From assembly GCF_000150275.1 (NCBI RefSeq), contig NW_002060945.1, positions 8,200,011 to 8,264,010 of the forward strand: DNA of 64,000 nucleotides, given 5' to 3'. The notes under the pieces were generated by a model. It was not told the DNA's origin. It was given only the letters and a program-made list of their open reading frames with translations, and made no database searches. The stretch is from Trichoplax adhaerens. Lineage: Eukaryota > Animalia > Placozoa. The translations under genes were made by a program, and so were the position numbers. Below are positions 1 through 12,237 of the stretch, one piece after another; the first letter of the stretch is position 1; each line of letters starts with the position of its first letter.

Positions 1-1085
1 ATTATATCATTCTTGCAATTATCACTACAGTTGTACCGTCATTAAAAACAGCTAAATAATATTGAGAGCAATATACTATCTTGATATAACAACAAGAATG
101 ATTGTCACAGAAAACTCTTTAAGATATTTTTGTAATAATTAAATAAGGAACATAAGGTTCATAAAGGAAGTATAAATCAATTATAAATCAACAATGAGTA
201 ACAAAAAATTTTAGCTGGTACAATTTGTATAGCAGTCATGGAGATACAATACTGACGATAGAATAAGATGTTTAGGAATGATTGCTTATGCCATGTTTAA
301 TAAATTTTTGATAGAGCAAAATATCAAATTGCGATTGGAATCATTATATATCATGTCAACGAAGGGATTAGATTCCACGATCAATCCGAACACAATATGC
401 AACGCTGCAACTATCGATCTGTAGCTGAGATTGCAATATAATACTTTGTAGTTTATTGATATTTTATCCAATTTCTTGAACGTAACATCAGGAGTAGAAA
501 TGATACTGGAACTTGAAATCAATTCAGTATTACTACTCTTTCATTCTGACGATATCAAATTTGATATCAATTCTATAAGCTAGAAATGCAATGAAACTAC
601 TGTATATTATAGATGATGCCATGTAAGCATTAAAATATTTTTCTTTACCATTTTAAAACACGCTACGATAAATAAATGGTAAAAATATGGACTGCTAAAT
701 TGATGAAATAGATGAAATAGCAAATAAACTACAAAAATGATCGAGAACGAATACAAGATACTAGTTAGCATAGTACAGTTGATAAAGATAGTAGCAGAAG
801 AGTGAATGTATTATTTCTCATGGGTTAATAACAGTCATTAAAGTTCACTATTAATTTATGCTTGGACAAAAATACAAAAGAAACACAAATACTTATAAGA
901 TGTAGAACAGTAAATTTAAAATATTGATGATACAATTATTAATATCTGGGGATTTCTTGATTTATGACTAACACTAAATTACTAAAAGCTTGAATCCTGT
1001 GGTTTGCTAAAAGAGACTTGAACTTTCAAGAAAATGACAAACTGAATGGATCCTAGTGACCAAAGCAGCACTCAATCGCATTGAT

Positions 1086-2107
1086 TTATTGGAATAAAGA
1101 TGGCGATAGTTTTTCTTTGGATGCAGGGGGTTCACCCGAACAACATAAGTATTTCCCGTTATTCTCGAAATCAGTTAAGTTCTTCATGACTTTTTTCAAC
1201 TCTGGAGCCTTGTAAATTTTTTTGACAGGTCCAGTCGTCAATCGAACAGCATTGGTAGAAGCCTGTAACATTTGATCAAATGTACGAAATTTCTCTTTTT
1301 TCATAACAAGCTTTTCACCAGTGTGATGTTTATCACCATTTCGATATAAAATTACGCTAATAGGCTTGTCCATTTGAGTGCCAAATTTCTCTTTTCCAAG
1401 TGCACTGGCCACAACTGGTTTATCTGATTTGGAAACGTTACTTTTATTCACAGCAAAATCGCGCGATTGGCTGCTTGTACTGCCGGTATAATCCACCATA
1501 TTTTCCCTTCCAGCCTTTCCAAGGCCCTTCCCGGAATCATCGAAGCGATTTTTATGGCTTCCCTATTGTATCAACGACAATAATAGTGGTTAGTACCAAT
1601 TTAATACAAGGACTCATTTCAAGCTAAAGTTAGAACATTATAGCAATGTATAACATCAAATTATTTACAACTATTTGGGCCTGATCATTGGTTTGCTAGC
1701 AAAATCGGTAGTAGTGGGGCGGATCACAAAATTATTGCATCTACGTACGCTAATCTCAGTTTATTAATGTAAGTACGGTAATCTGAAAGATGCGATACTA
1801 TAATTTTTAAATCTGTCCGTTGAATTTTTAGAGATAAAAAGAGGTAAAATCGTATTGATAAGTGCTCCATCGCTCAAGACGGCTAGTATCGTTGATTCCT
1901 CCATCCTGTTTACTGTAGAAAACATGCCAGGCCTTAAAAGAAAGCTTGCGGTAGGAAAAGTAATAACACAGTAAAATAAAATGATGTTCATCTTGAGCTA
2001 ATTGCAGGAAAAACCCCTTCATAGGATAAAATTTTTAATGCTCTTACAGTATATTTAGACGAGTCCGTTAAGCGACTAGTCACATCTTGAGATTTCTTAC
2101 TCGCCAT
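1086..2107 (-). CDS. Apicortin (partial p25alpha/TPPP motif + doublecortin DCX domain), 2 exons, ~178 aa
   Basis: Exon 1, 2107-2048, encodes [20 protein letters not shown] followed by a gtaag donor. Exon 2, 1562-1086, follows a tag acceptor and encodes [27 protein letters not shown]... Joined, [28 protein letters not shown] is the p25alpha C-terminal signature with GxGxGxxGR. The C-terminal YRNGDKHHTGEKL...FRTFDQML...VRLTTGPVKKIY...GKYLCCSGEP is a DCX domain. Confidence 0.93.
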
Positions 2108-2338
2108 TTTTGTTGTTGTATGTGTATTTTTCTTCTGTTGTTTTGCAAGTAGATCTGATCGGTTTCGCTGTATGTCGGCTGCAATGTTGTCTTATACTTA
2201 TAGTAGCAAGCTAGGCTTTTATAACCATATCACTGGCTGAAATTATTCAACCAATAAGCGAATATAGGTAATAGGATTTATTAAAATCAGAATTTCATTT
2301 AACGCTAATTAATTATGCATCTGCATACAGGCGCTGAA

Positions 2339-2352
2339 GTTACCATGGCAAC
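2339..2352. promoter_or_regulatory. RFX X-box (GTTACCATGGCAAC) ~230 bp upstream of the apicortin ATG
   Basis: Match to the canonical palindromic X-box GTTNCCATGGNAAC at a typical proximal-promoter distance from ATG 2107. Confidence 0.75.
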
Positions 2353-3239
2353 GTTGCAAGAGGAAGTTCTATCTGCTACATGAATGGTTATGTCTAAATG
2401 TTTTCCCTTTATGTTGGTCTTGGTAACATTATTTGTTAGCTAACAGTGTAATTGATCAATTAATGATGATGACTGATACAATTTTATGGTCTTGTGTATT
2501 ATTATAATTGAATCATTCAAAAATAACTTGAAATGATAATGGAGATTTAAAGTGAAGCATTGTATTACAATGATTATTTTCTACAATTGTAAATCTACTC
2601 TATAGTTGATGATACAAGTAGCACCTTAATAGTCTCTTTCCTGTTTACAATAGTAATACATCTTGAAGAAGTACCGCTCCAATAGCAAACAAGCTTTAAC
2701 TATTGTTGTTGTTGTTATAACATCCAATGACGAGCGATGTCAAAGGTTGCCATTATTTCCATCTGGTTTTATGCATATGTATTGAACTATTATTATTCTA
2801 GTAGATCGTAATGACATGTTGTTCCATCATCTACTTAAACAACAATACATATGATGTAAAGTTATGTTGAGCTCAGCTTTGAAGTAGAACTTTGTTCAGC
2901 TGGATAATATCAATTTTAATTACATTATTAAAATAATTTATTCACGGGCTAGCCGTTAAGTATCATATCTATCTGTCTTATAATGCAACTCTTTTCAAAA
3001 ATTCACTGCATTTAGTATATCACAATTTATTAAAATATCCCATATAGCGATTTTCTTGCCATATACTAACGGGCATGTTCTGAGTATCCCTTAAATTAAG
3101 ATCATAATGTGTAGTTAAGCTGTTAAATAAGTTATTGTTGTCAATGTGTTATGTAGAAGCGAATTAGAGATAACTTAAAAATTATACCAAAATCTAGTAC
3201 TGTTGACAATAACAGGTTTATATAAGTAATGGTTGTAAT

Positions 3240-3640
3240 AATTCAAGTATGTTAATTTCAGCTTCGCTTACTTCTCCTAAAAATATTCCTGATAAAATAT
3301 TGATTATAAATAACAGAGTTTGCATTATGTGTATGTTCTCATCAGAGATTATGAAATTGATGAAAATTAATGAAATTATCATCCAACATGAATAATGAAT
3401 AATATATTTAGGTTTGAAAAACATATTTTTTTCCGAACCTACAATTAGGATCGGAAATTCTGTATTATTCAAGTCCTTAATATACTTATTTTTGATTTCT
3501 AATTATTCCTCGTAGGTTTTGACTATTGCCGCAATTTCTGGTTCTAATCCTTGAATAAATTGACGTATCCGTTTCAGTAAGCCGGTTAACTGTGAAGTCG
3601 TCAGCTTGAACTTAGCCATAGCATCTTAGATCCTTTTACC
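3240..3640 (-). pseudogene. A0: decayed fragment of a class A dynamin-like gene (exon 2 and start of exon 3)
   Basis: Reverse strand reads KRI*DAMAKFKLTTSQLTGLLKRIRQFIQGLEPEIAAIVKTYEE*LEIKNKYIKDLNNTEFPILIVG, homologous to A1/A3 exon 2 but with two stops. It is followed by an acceptor and GEVSEAEINIL, a destroyed GEVSAGKSS P-loop. Confidence 0.8.
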
Positions 3641-6600
3641 AGAATTATTAAAAGAAATTCATGTTAAAATGCCCGACAGTAGTTATAGCCCACGTTATAT
3701 TTCAAGCTGTATACAAATTCGTACAAAACGAAATGATACTTTAATACTAAACAATGATGTTAGCAGATTAAAATGCAAAGATGTTGGTCATACGTCGATT
3801 ACGTTTCATTTTATATGTAGAACAGTTTCTACAACAAGACTAGCCCATTTTGGACTGCAACCGTAATAGACTAATATACTGGCACTGAGTATCAAATGAT
3901 CTTACAGCACGTGTCAACTTTTTTGTATATTTGCGAAAAGGGCTGGAAAGTTTAGCACAAGTAGAAAAGGTAGAAGCCTGCAGCGTGCCTAAGATATAAA
4001 ATATCTTGACCATGATTAATCTTATTACCAGATAAACATACGTCATTGCTCGTGCTACATGAAAGAGTAGGAGCATCTAGCTATTTGGAGATATTTACTA
4101 AAACCTAAAGAATGAGCGTAATATAACATTTCATGGCTAACATAATTACATTACTTTAACGTTCAATAATGATTAATCTTAACCCTAATGAGATACTAGA
4201 AGTATGTAGATACTAAGCATACAAGATGGCAAACCTGATAGCTAATTCACTGTCAATAACTGTACGAATGTCGGATTCTTCAAGCATCAGAAAAATTAGA
4301 ATTCTATTAAAGCAGTGTTCAAAAGCCAGCTAAGGTATGTTTTGGCGTCCTTGACAAGTCTTTATCATTAGCTGTTTCAATAAGCAACTAGTATTACCTA
4401 CATATGACGTCAAGATGTAAAAATATAATTTGATCAAGTTGTATATTACACTAATAAAAGCCTTTAACCATTATTATGTACGATACTGTAGTGTATGGCG
4501 ACTAGACTAACAATTGATTAATGTGATGTTTCAAGAAAAGCCTATATTAATATCAAATTTGCTACAGTACGTTGTTTTTCCATTGTATATTTGCGTGTAT
4601 AATGACCGATTAAAACTGAATAATTAAATATTTTTTACTATTCTACCTAACAATGAAAGTTTACTAATGTCTCGAGTGAAAGTAGAATTTAGTTAGATGG
4701 TCCACTGTTACAAATTGCCTTCTTTGTGAACGATTAACTCCTCTAGTAACTAATAACCTAACGCACTCGGGGTGCGTATAAGTAATCAATTACTCGAAAA
4801 ATATTCAGTTAAAAAGTTTATTATATTGCTCGACGAGCCTTATGACTACTGAATTTCGGAACAACTAGTCGTTGGGAGCTCGCTCCTTTTATCCTCTCTG
4901 GGAGCGGCTGCTGGTACATTCTAACAAACTGAGCTCTAATCATTTTCTACGTTTAGTATAAGATTACATCTCACAATCAATATCAGGACTCAGTATAGGC
5001 AAAATTGGTAAACAACATTATAGTGGCAAAGCACTATAACATCCACTCATCCAGTTCAGATAAATAAAATTTCTTCTATGATTCTACTTATTTGGACGCA
5101 TATAGTATTAACTATGATCGATCAATAGACAGGCGATAACTTTATTCAATTGTAGTGATATATATCATTCAATAATATTGCCATCAATAATTCTATCTGA
5201 CTTAATAGTAATTGTATGCTACTATGGTGCAATAATAATCTATGTACTGTATTTGCAGAACTCTTCGCTAGGTTAAGAAGAACGTTAGTATTATCATCCC
5301 TCATAGAAGACATCGTAAGTGTTTAAATAAAGTAGTTCGATCTAATAACTGAGGATTCTATCTGTGTGTTTCATTGATCTGTGACCGTAGATAGTCGGAG
5401 TACCTTACAACTCCTGTCAGGCATTAACTTATCAGACACAAGATTGTAACAACCCTATATATTTTACTTTCACTGTATTTTCTAACACAAAACTACTATA
5501 ATAAGCTGAGATCTTTACATTTGACATGCACTGGTGCTCTAATGTTTCAAAAGATTGAGAGATGGTTACAATAGCAAGAAATTACATTAAATTAATAGAA
5601 AAAATAAAGGAATAAATAAATATACAGTTTTTATTGCAGTTGGTACTTGTAGAAACTTTATGTTAGAGTGTTTCTTAGATACAATCAAATTAGAGCCTAT
5701 ATAGAATTATGTACAATAGATTACTAAATATAAATCATGTATATATGAAATTATTATCCATTATAGTACAAGTTAAATTGTACTATTAATTAAATATGTA
5801 ATAGACTAAATAGTACGGCACAATGAGTTGATTAATTTTTCAGATGTTTTGATGATAATTTATATGGAAATTATTACTATGTGTCATAGCAATTTTTGCA
5901 TGGACAGTTACGGCACATTTTATATATATATGTTACGGCTATATATCAAAAATTCAGTTCGCATTCTACATGTTGGTATAAAGTACTCCATTTATGCGCT
6001 AGCTTAAGTCACATTTTTTATATCTCAAACAAATGTAAACATGCTGGTTTATTGAGATATATACTATATGTTCTTCTATTTTTATAGATATTCGAGAAAT
6101 ATATAATACATATTGTTCTATTTACTAGTAGAGCCCACGCTCCTTAAAATTCGCTTACTGAATTCACTTGTACATTTTTCTTTAGAATATTAAATTGTTA
6201 TCATTGAGATTAAGACCTAGATTTGTGTATCAAAAGTAATAAGTTTTTGTTCTGCTTCTACTTCTTAAACTTAGCTTCTGTATCTGCACGATTGGTATTG
6301 CAAGATGTCCTCTACCCTTAATGATGTACCGCTATAAAACATTATCGTCTTGTCTCTAGCGATAATAAAGTCCAGCTAAGTGCCTAAGCTCTTATGAATT
6401 CGTCTGTGTAACAGCGAAGTCTACTACGAAAATTATAGTAGTTACTATAGAATATGTTGTATGTAGTGGCTATACTATATTCTAGAAATGTAATACATTT
6501 GTCTCGTTCTACTTAATAACCTTAATTGAAGCACTATGACTTTAGCAACATGAATTATTGTTACGTTAGTCGTTAAATCGTTTACTAGTTGAACATTAAC

Positions 6601-7066
6601 GCATTTTACAGGTAATCACTTTCGAATTACGATATACCTTACTTTATTTAAAGAAATTAATCATACATTAATAGAGTTTATTTAATTTAATGCGAAAATA
6701 GCAGGACTTCACAAGTAACGAAAATAAAATGAAAATTGTCTTCTTCGCTAGCGGTTGAAATATGGTGCACTTATAAGGGAAATGAAAGACTTTAATTGAA
6801 CTTTTTAGATGAAACTTTTTGTATTACAATATTAACTAGAACACCTATATCGTTGTATTGCAATATTGATATGTGTATATCTAATTTTAGAATACCACCG
6901 TATTGACTGGAGTAACGTATTGTAAAAAAATAATAGCAATCTTTCCATAGATTACGATATTTTCAAGGATGCTTTGCTTCGGTACTTTATATCAACAGCT
7001 TATTGAACCAGAAACGGTGGTAAAATGAATCCTATGCAGCTGTGGATAAATCAAAATAAATAAGTA

Positions 7067-10000
7067 TTATATTCCGCAGTCGTAACTATTGAGAACATCA
7101 TTAATGTTTTTCCTGAGTTTATTAATAATGCTAATTTTATCTAAGGCGATATCCCTTGCCATAGAATAATCTTTTTGATTAACTTGATTAATGAGAGTTT
7201 CATTTGCCTCTACTTGCCGAATCATCTGCCTTCGCATATTCTCGATAGATTCTTTAACTGGATTGGTATAATTTAGTGCAACTTGTCTCGCTTTATTTTT
7301 TTGGGCCAATTCCGAAAGAATTTTAGGTGAAATTTTTTCTAATACATGCAGAATCCTTTTTGTTTGTCTATTGATTTTACTTGCAGACCAGATTGCAGTA
7401 ACCACAGCAGCCGCAACAATGATAGTAATAATAATTCCTATACCAGCTGTTGCTCCACCAATTACTCCTCCGACAACAGCAGCACCAACTCCATCTGCAA
7501 TAGTAAGGCCGACAGTAGCACCTACAGCACTACCACTAAGTGTTCCAGTAACAACTCCCAGACCGGCAAGTAGACTTCGACGTAATCCTTTTCCTTTAGA
7601 CGGAATACCATCCGCGTATGAGCTGTTTTCTATAAGTGACGAAACGTTTTCTAGGTCCTGTATATTATTTAAAATGGAAACATCCACTGCTAACTTATTT
7701 TCCAAATCATCTAATTCCTTTAAAGCCTGTTCATAGCGCGAATCTAGAGATTTTCGTACTTTTACATAAAATTGTTTGAGTAAATTGTTATGATCTTCCC
7801 AAACAGTTAATAAGCGAATAAATCGATCGTCAATTAGTTTACTAATAACATCTTCGATATTAGTAACTTTTTCACGAATTGGTATGTCATCTAATGTCCA
7901 ATGCGTCATCGAAAATTTAAATTTATTACTATTAAAAAAATGAAGCAAAGAAGTTGTAATTTGTTCAGTGTTATCATCGATAATTTTTTCAATGCCTATA
8001 TGAAAATCTTGATTTTCTACGACAGTCTTTGCAGATGAGGTGTTATTTATTAGACTGTCCAAGTAAGAGATACGGTTTTTCTGATCCAAGCGAGAGCAAT
8101 TCGCTAACAAGCGGTATCTATGGGCTACAACCTTCAATAAAGTGTCCAACCAACTATACATAATATAAACAAGACAGTTACAATTAATATTTAAACTAAT
8201 GTATCTATTTTGCATATACATTGGCATGCAGTACCTTATAAAATACGCTACTGCATTAATATGAACTATTAATTCGGTAAAATAGCTAAAAATATCTATT
8301 ACTACTTTAACAAATATCCTAATTGCGATACATACCAGCTATAATTTACTATTGTCTTCTTCAAGCTATCTTCCAGTAGCTGAGAAAGAAGGGAATATAC
8401 TGTTTTCAAATCGTCCGATATATATCCAGCTTTGAGATGATTTGCTGTGATTTGACTCGATAATAATATGAGCTGAGAATCGTGAAAACCTGGCCAAAGT
8501 CGTTTTAAATTTTTCTTAATACTTTCTTCAACCTTGGGTCGATTTGTATCGGAGATAAGATCCCATTTATTACAGATAAAAATGGCTGATTCTGGGGAGA
8601 ATCTCTTAAAATTTCCATTTCCTGTATTTTGAGCCACTCTTAAGAGTCTTACAAGCTGTAAAGTAGTGAACTATTATTAGCTATTATCTTAGATGGAAAA
8701 TTTAAATAATCACTTGGTATCAGCTGTAATTTATTAAAGCTTACTCGGTCTTCTAGTATACCCCCAGCATTTGAGGGATTGATGACGTAAACAAGCGAGC
8801 AGGCTTTAGGCAAATAATTTACGAGCTGCTGTGTTGCTAAAGATGTTTCACCTATCCCTGGGCTATCTACTAAGAAGATTCCATCCTAATCGAGAGCATG
8901 AAGAATTCTATGGTGATGATTTTTGCATATGCTAGCTGAAATTGTCTTTGCATTTTGAACAAATTTTACTAACGGCAATAGCACATTACTAAATCGTTTC
9001 AATAAAACAATCTTCTCAAGTAGACACCAGAAAATTATGATAGACAGCCAAGGCCTTGTCTATTTTAATATAGTCAAATACATTCTACAATGCCAACTAT
9101 TTCTCTATTTTAATCTATATTAATCAAAAATGTCTTAACCAGCTCGTTGGACAAACCTTCAGAAAGTCAAAACTCCAATGAACTTCAATCTTTCCACTTG
9201 TCAGTTCTACATCAGGAAGATCACAATTTACGGTAATATCATTTACTGAGGTAGAGAGCACAGGCGTTTCTTCGGTATCTGTATAGTCTTCATCTTGCTG
9301 AAGTGAACTGTGACCTTCTTCGGCTGCATTGGTGGAGATCTTTTTCTTGGATATCAGGTCTTGGGCACTTTTAATCTTTTTAACCAGGTCAGAAACTTTA
9401 TCGATATGTATTGGCTGCAACGGTTCTAACTTTTTATCCCGTTTATTCCAAATAAACGGTTTCAAGCAAGAGTCTATGGAATAATGTAATTGACATATAC
9501 ACTTTGTGGTATGCAAATGGCCGACTGGCAGTACCGATTTTCCTAAGATTAAGTTAATTAAACTACTTTTTCCAGCGCTTACTTCTCCTAAGATCATATA
9601 CAAACAGATAAAAATATTGACTGTATTATTATCATGCGTAGCTTGCCGTATATTTCTAATTAGAATTATTTAAGATACGAGGATAAAATTAGATCGTTCA
9701 TTACAAATAACGTTGAAAGGATAAAAGTTTATTTTTTATCCTGAACCTGCAACAAGAATTGGATATTTCATATTGTAAAAATTCGCAATCTGGTTATTAA
9801 TATTCTCTAAATAGTGTTCGTCAATGACATTGACTATATCGACAATTTCCGGTTGTAATTCTTGAAATATAAGCTCCTTTGCTTGTAACGATAAGTTGAT
9901 TACTTGTAATTTGCTTTCCTCAAATTTAGTGATAGCAGCTTGGATCCTTCGTTTGCACTGGTTATTTCAAGATTTGTTAGGTATTGATCAGGGTACGAAA

Positions 10001-10467
10001 ATACAATATTTTTATTTGATTTAGTAAAGTACCGGTAGCAGTAAGCAATAAATTGATACCAGAGTTAAGACATGTAGTTTTTATTACAAGTACTTGATAA
10101 TTTAGAACAGAAAGCAGGTTATATCTTAAATTTGCGTTGGTCTAATGTTATCGTGGATTAATCAACTTAAATAGAATACGATATAGTCTGCCGAATCGTA
10201 GGCTGTTTTAGTCACGACAATAATTTTATCCAATTATGTTGCAAAGATATAGAGATGTAATAATCTAATTTAGAAAGTAATAGCACTTACGTAGGAACTT
10301 TTATAGTTTTCAATTGTTGCATCTCTTCGAAATAAGTCTAATCGGTCTTTAAAATCCTGCAAAGTTTTTGTTCCGGTTGAATCGATGTTATATTTTTTAC
10401 AGATATTTCTTGCAACTCTAGCGCTTTTTATTTCATCAATTTCACTCTTTGTTATGGCAGAAGCCAT
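7067..10467 (-). CDS. A1: dynamin-like (BDLP/mitofusin-type) GTPase with C-terminal Gly-rich transmembrane hairpin, ~788 aa, intact
   Basis: Exons 10467-10291, 9957-9747, 9587-9157, 8885-8745, 8655-8336 and 8153-7067 are all GT-AG and total 2367 nt in frame. Motifs: G1 ILVAGEVSAGKSS, G2 HTT, G3 LVDSPGIGE, G4 CNKWD. Hydrophobic segment LLAGLGVVTGTLSGSAVGATVGLTIADGVGAAVVGGVIGGATAGIGIIITIIVAAAVVTAIW lies between coiled-coil regions. Confidence 0.88.
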
Positions 10468-10937
10468 TTTTAAACGATAGCTCTCACGATTATCAGTGCC
10501 GTAATCGAAAAGCTTTATGTAATGGCAAACTTGAATTCTGTAATTCCTATTCTTTGGATCTGAAATGTGAAGGAGAATGAAATTCACTTTTAATTTTCTA
10601 CCCCGTGAAACAGTTTTAGTAACACTTTTAGTATCATATGCTACTAAGAAATATCCATTAGTAATCTACTCTTTGATCTTTGATTATGGATGGATTAACA
10701 ATTACTAACTATGCTTATTATGATGTAATCTTTCAATTAAGACTATATAATTCCTGTTGAAGACCTGAAAAGAACTTGTACAGCTTTATCTACAGTACGT
10801 CACTTTATCGTACCTTGCTATATCAATATTATAGGGGAGTAATGAAGTATCGACAGTTCTATTCATACATTGCATATTCTTAAGTCCATTCTACTGTATG
10901 TATATACGAGTACTGTAGATACCTTTTTGCTACATAA

Positions 10938-10950
10938 GGGGGGGGGGGGG
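10938..10950 (+). repeat. G13 homopolymer in the A1/B1 divergent intergenic region
   Basis: 13 consecutive G residues in an otherwise very AT-rich sequence. Confidence 0.9.
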
Positions 10951-11489
10951 CTCTTCAACCTACAGTATAGCGATCAGCGGCACCAGCAAAAATTAGTTCT
11001 CTACTACAAACGTAATATCAATTATTATAAGATTTATAAAATTTTTTCATGATAAGATCGGAATCTAAGGATTTGGTAGCATGTTTACTTTTTCTATTTT
11101 TTCCTGTATTGTAAAAGAATTTACTTTCTTATTCAGACACACATTAATTCGCATGAAAGCTAAGTAATAATTCTAAAATCACAATTCATATCTGAAAGAT
11201 TAATTGAATTACGTTAGAGCTTTACACTAATAAACCATACCGATACAACGAGATTCTCACAGTAGCTGAATGCTGATGATGCTCTATGATCAACCTGATG
11301 ATCAAGCCTATTTTGACGTTTCAAGGGTTGTAAACTGACTTGGTTACGTAAAAAATTGCTTCATTAAGAATTGATATAGTCTATTTTATTGGCTTTGTTT
11401 GTTAATAAAAGCATACATTATGAAATATATTACAATAGAGCATTCTAAAAATTAACTATCGTACTTTTGTGTCAAATATAAGGTGTTCC

Positions 11490-11520
11490 TTTCAATAATA
11501 GCCTTAGGCGACGAAAGCAT
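11490..11520. promoter_or_regulatory. Conserved non-coding motif (ctttcaata..GCCTTAGGCGACGAAAG) upstream of class B genes, copy 1 of 4
   Basis: Related copies occur at 21561-21590, ~49754-49770 and 55232-55260. Each lies upstream of a class B gene or remnant. Confidence 0.5.
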
Positions 11521-12237
11521 TGAGTTAAAAACATCTAATGCAAATGAAATAAATTCCACACCTATTTAGTGATGCTATTGTGAATGAATCCTATCTTATT
11601 GCTCTACCATATTTGTGAAGCCGGACAAATTTAACAGTCGATTTGTACTAAAATTTCAAAGAAATAAAATAACTTAATACTGCAGTAAAAATTAACAAAA
11701 ACATGAAGAGCCGATTGTTCAAGGTTGTAAGAATCCGTTTATGTGAAATTTGAGCCAAATTTAATGTGAATGCCTTAAAAATTGTAAAGATTGAATTGAA
11801 AGCTGCACTATAGCTGAACAACTTGCAACCAGTATACAACAGAGAGCTCGCAGCACCCCTGCAATATTGGTCGAACGTTAACACACGTACAATATGCAAA
11901 ATATGGCGGAAGGGACAATAGATGACTTAGCCTAATCAGCACGGTACTATAATAATCTTATGCACAAAAGTCATCTATGTCATTATAAAGTATTACTTTC
12001 GTACTTTCCGAATTGCTTACAGCAGAAGTAAGCTAAGAACGATTGGTTGATTTGTAAGCCTATTAACTAGAAGGTGGCAGTTGTATTGTCTGATAGACGC
12101 TTATTGAATACAAATCGTTAATAAGAAGCGATACAAGCAGCATAAGTATAGGACATAGACGTCGTCGAGAGTTTTATCCGTTGAAAACGCCAGAGCCAAA
12201 ATAGTTACACAAAATTTGATCAACAGCAGCAACATTT

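Noticed and set aside
286-522. 78-aa minus-strand ORF
   Set aside because: No recognisable motif, an in-frame stop just upstream, and no convincing splice sites. It cannot be supported as coding.
7346-7736. Plus-strand Pro/Thr/Ala-rich ORFs (also 45009-45284 and 52558-52800)
   Set aside because: Antisense shadows of the Gly/Ala/Val-rich TM coding segments of class A genes.
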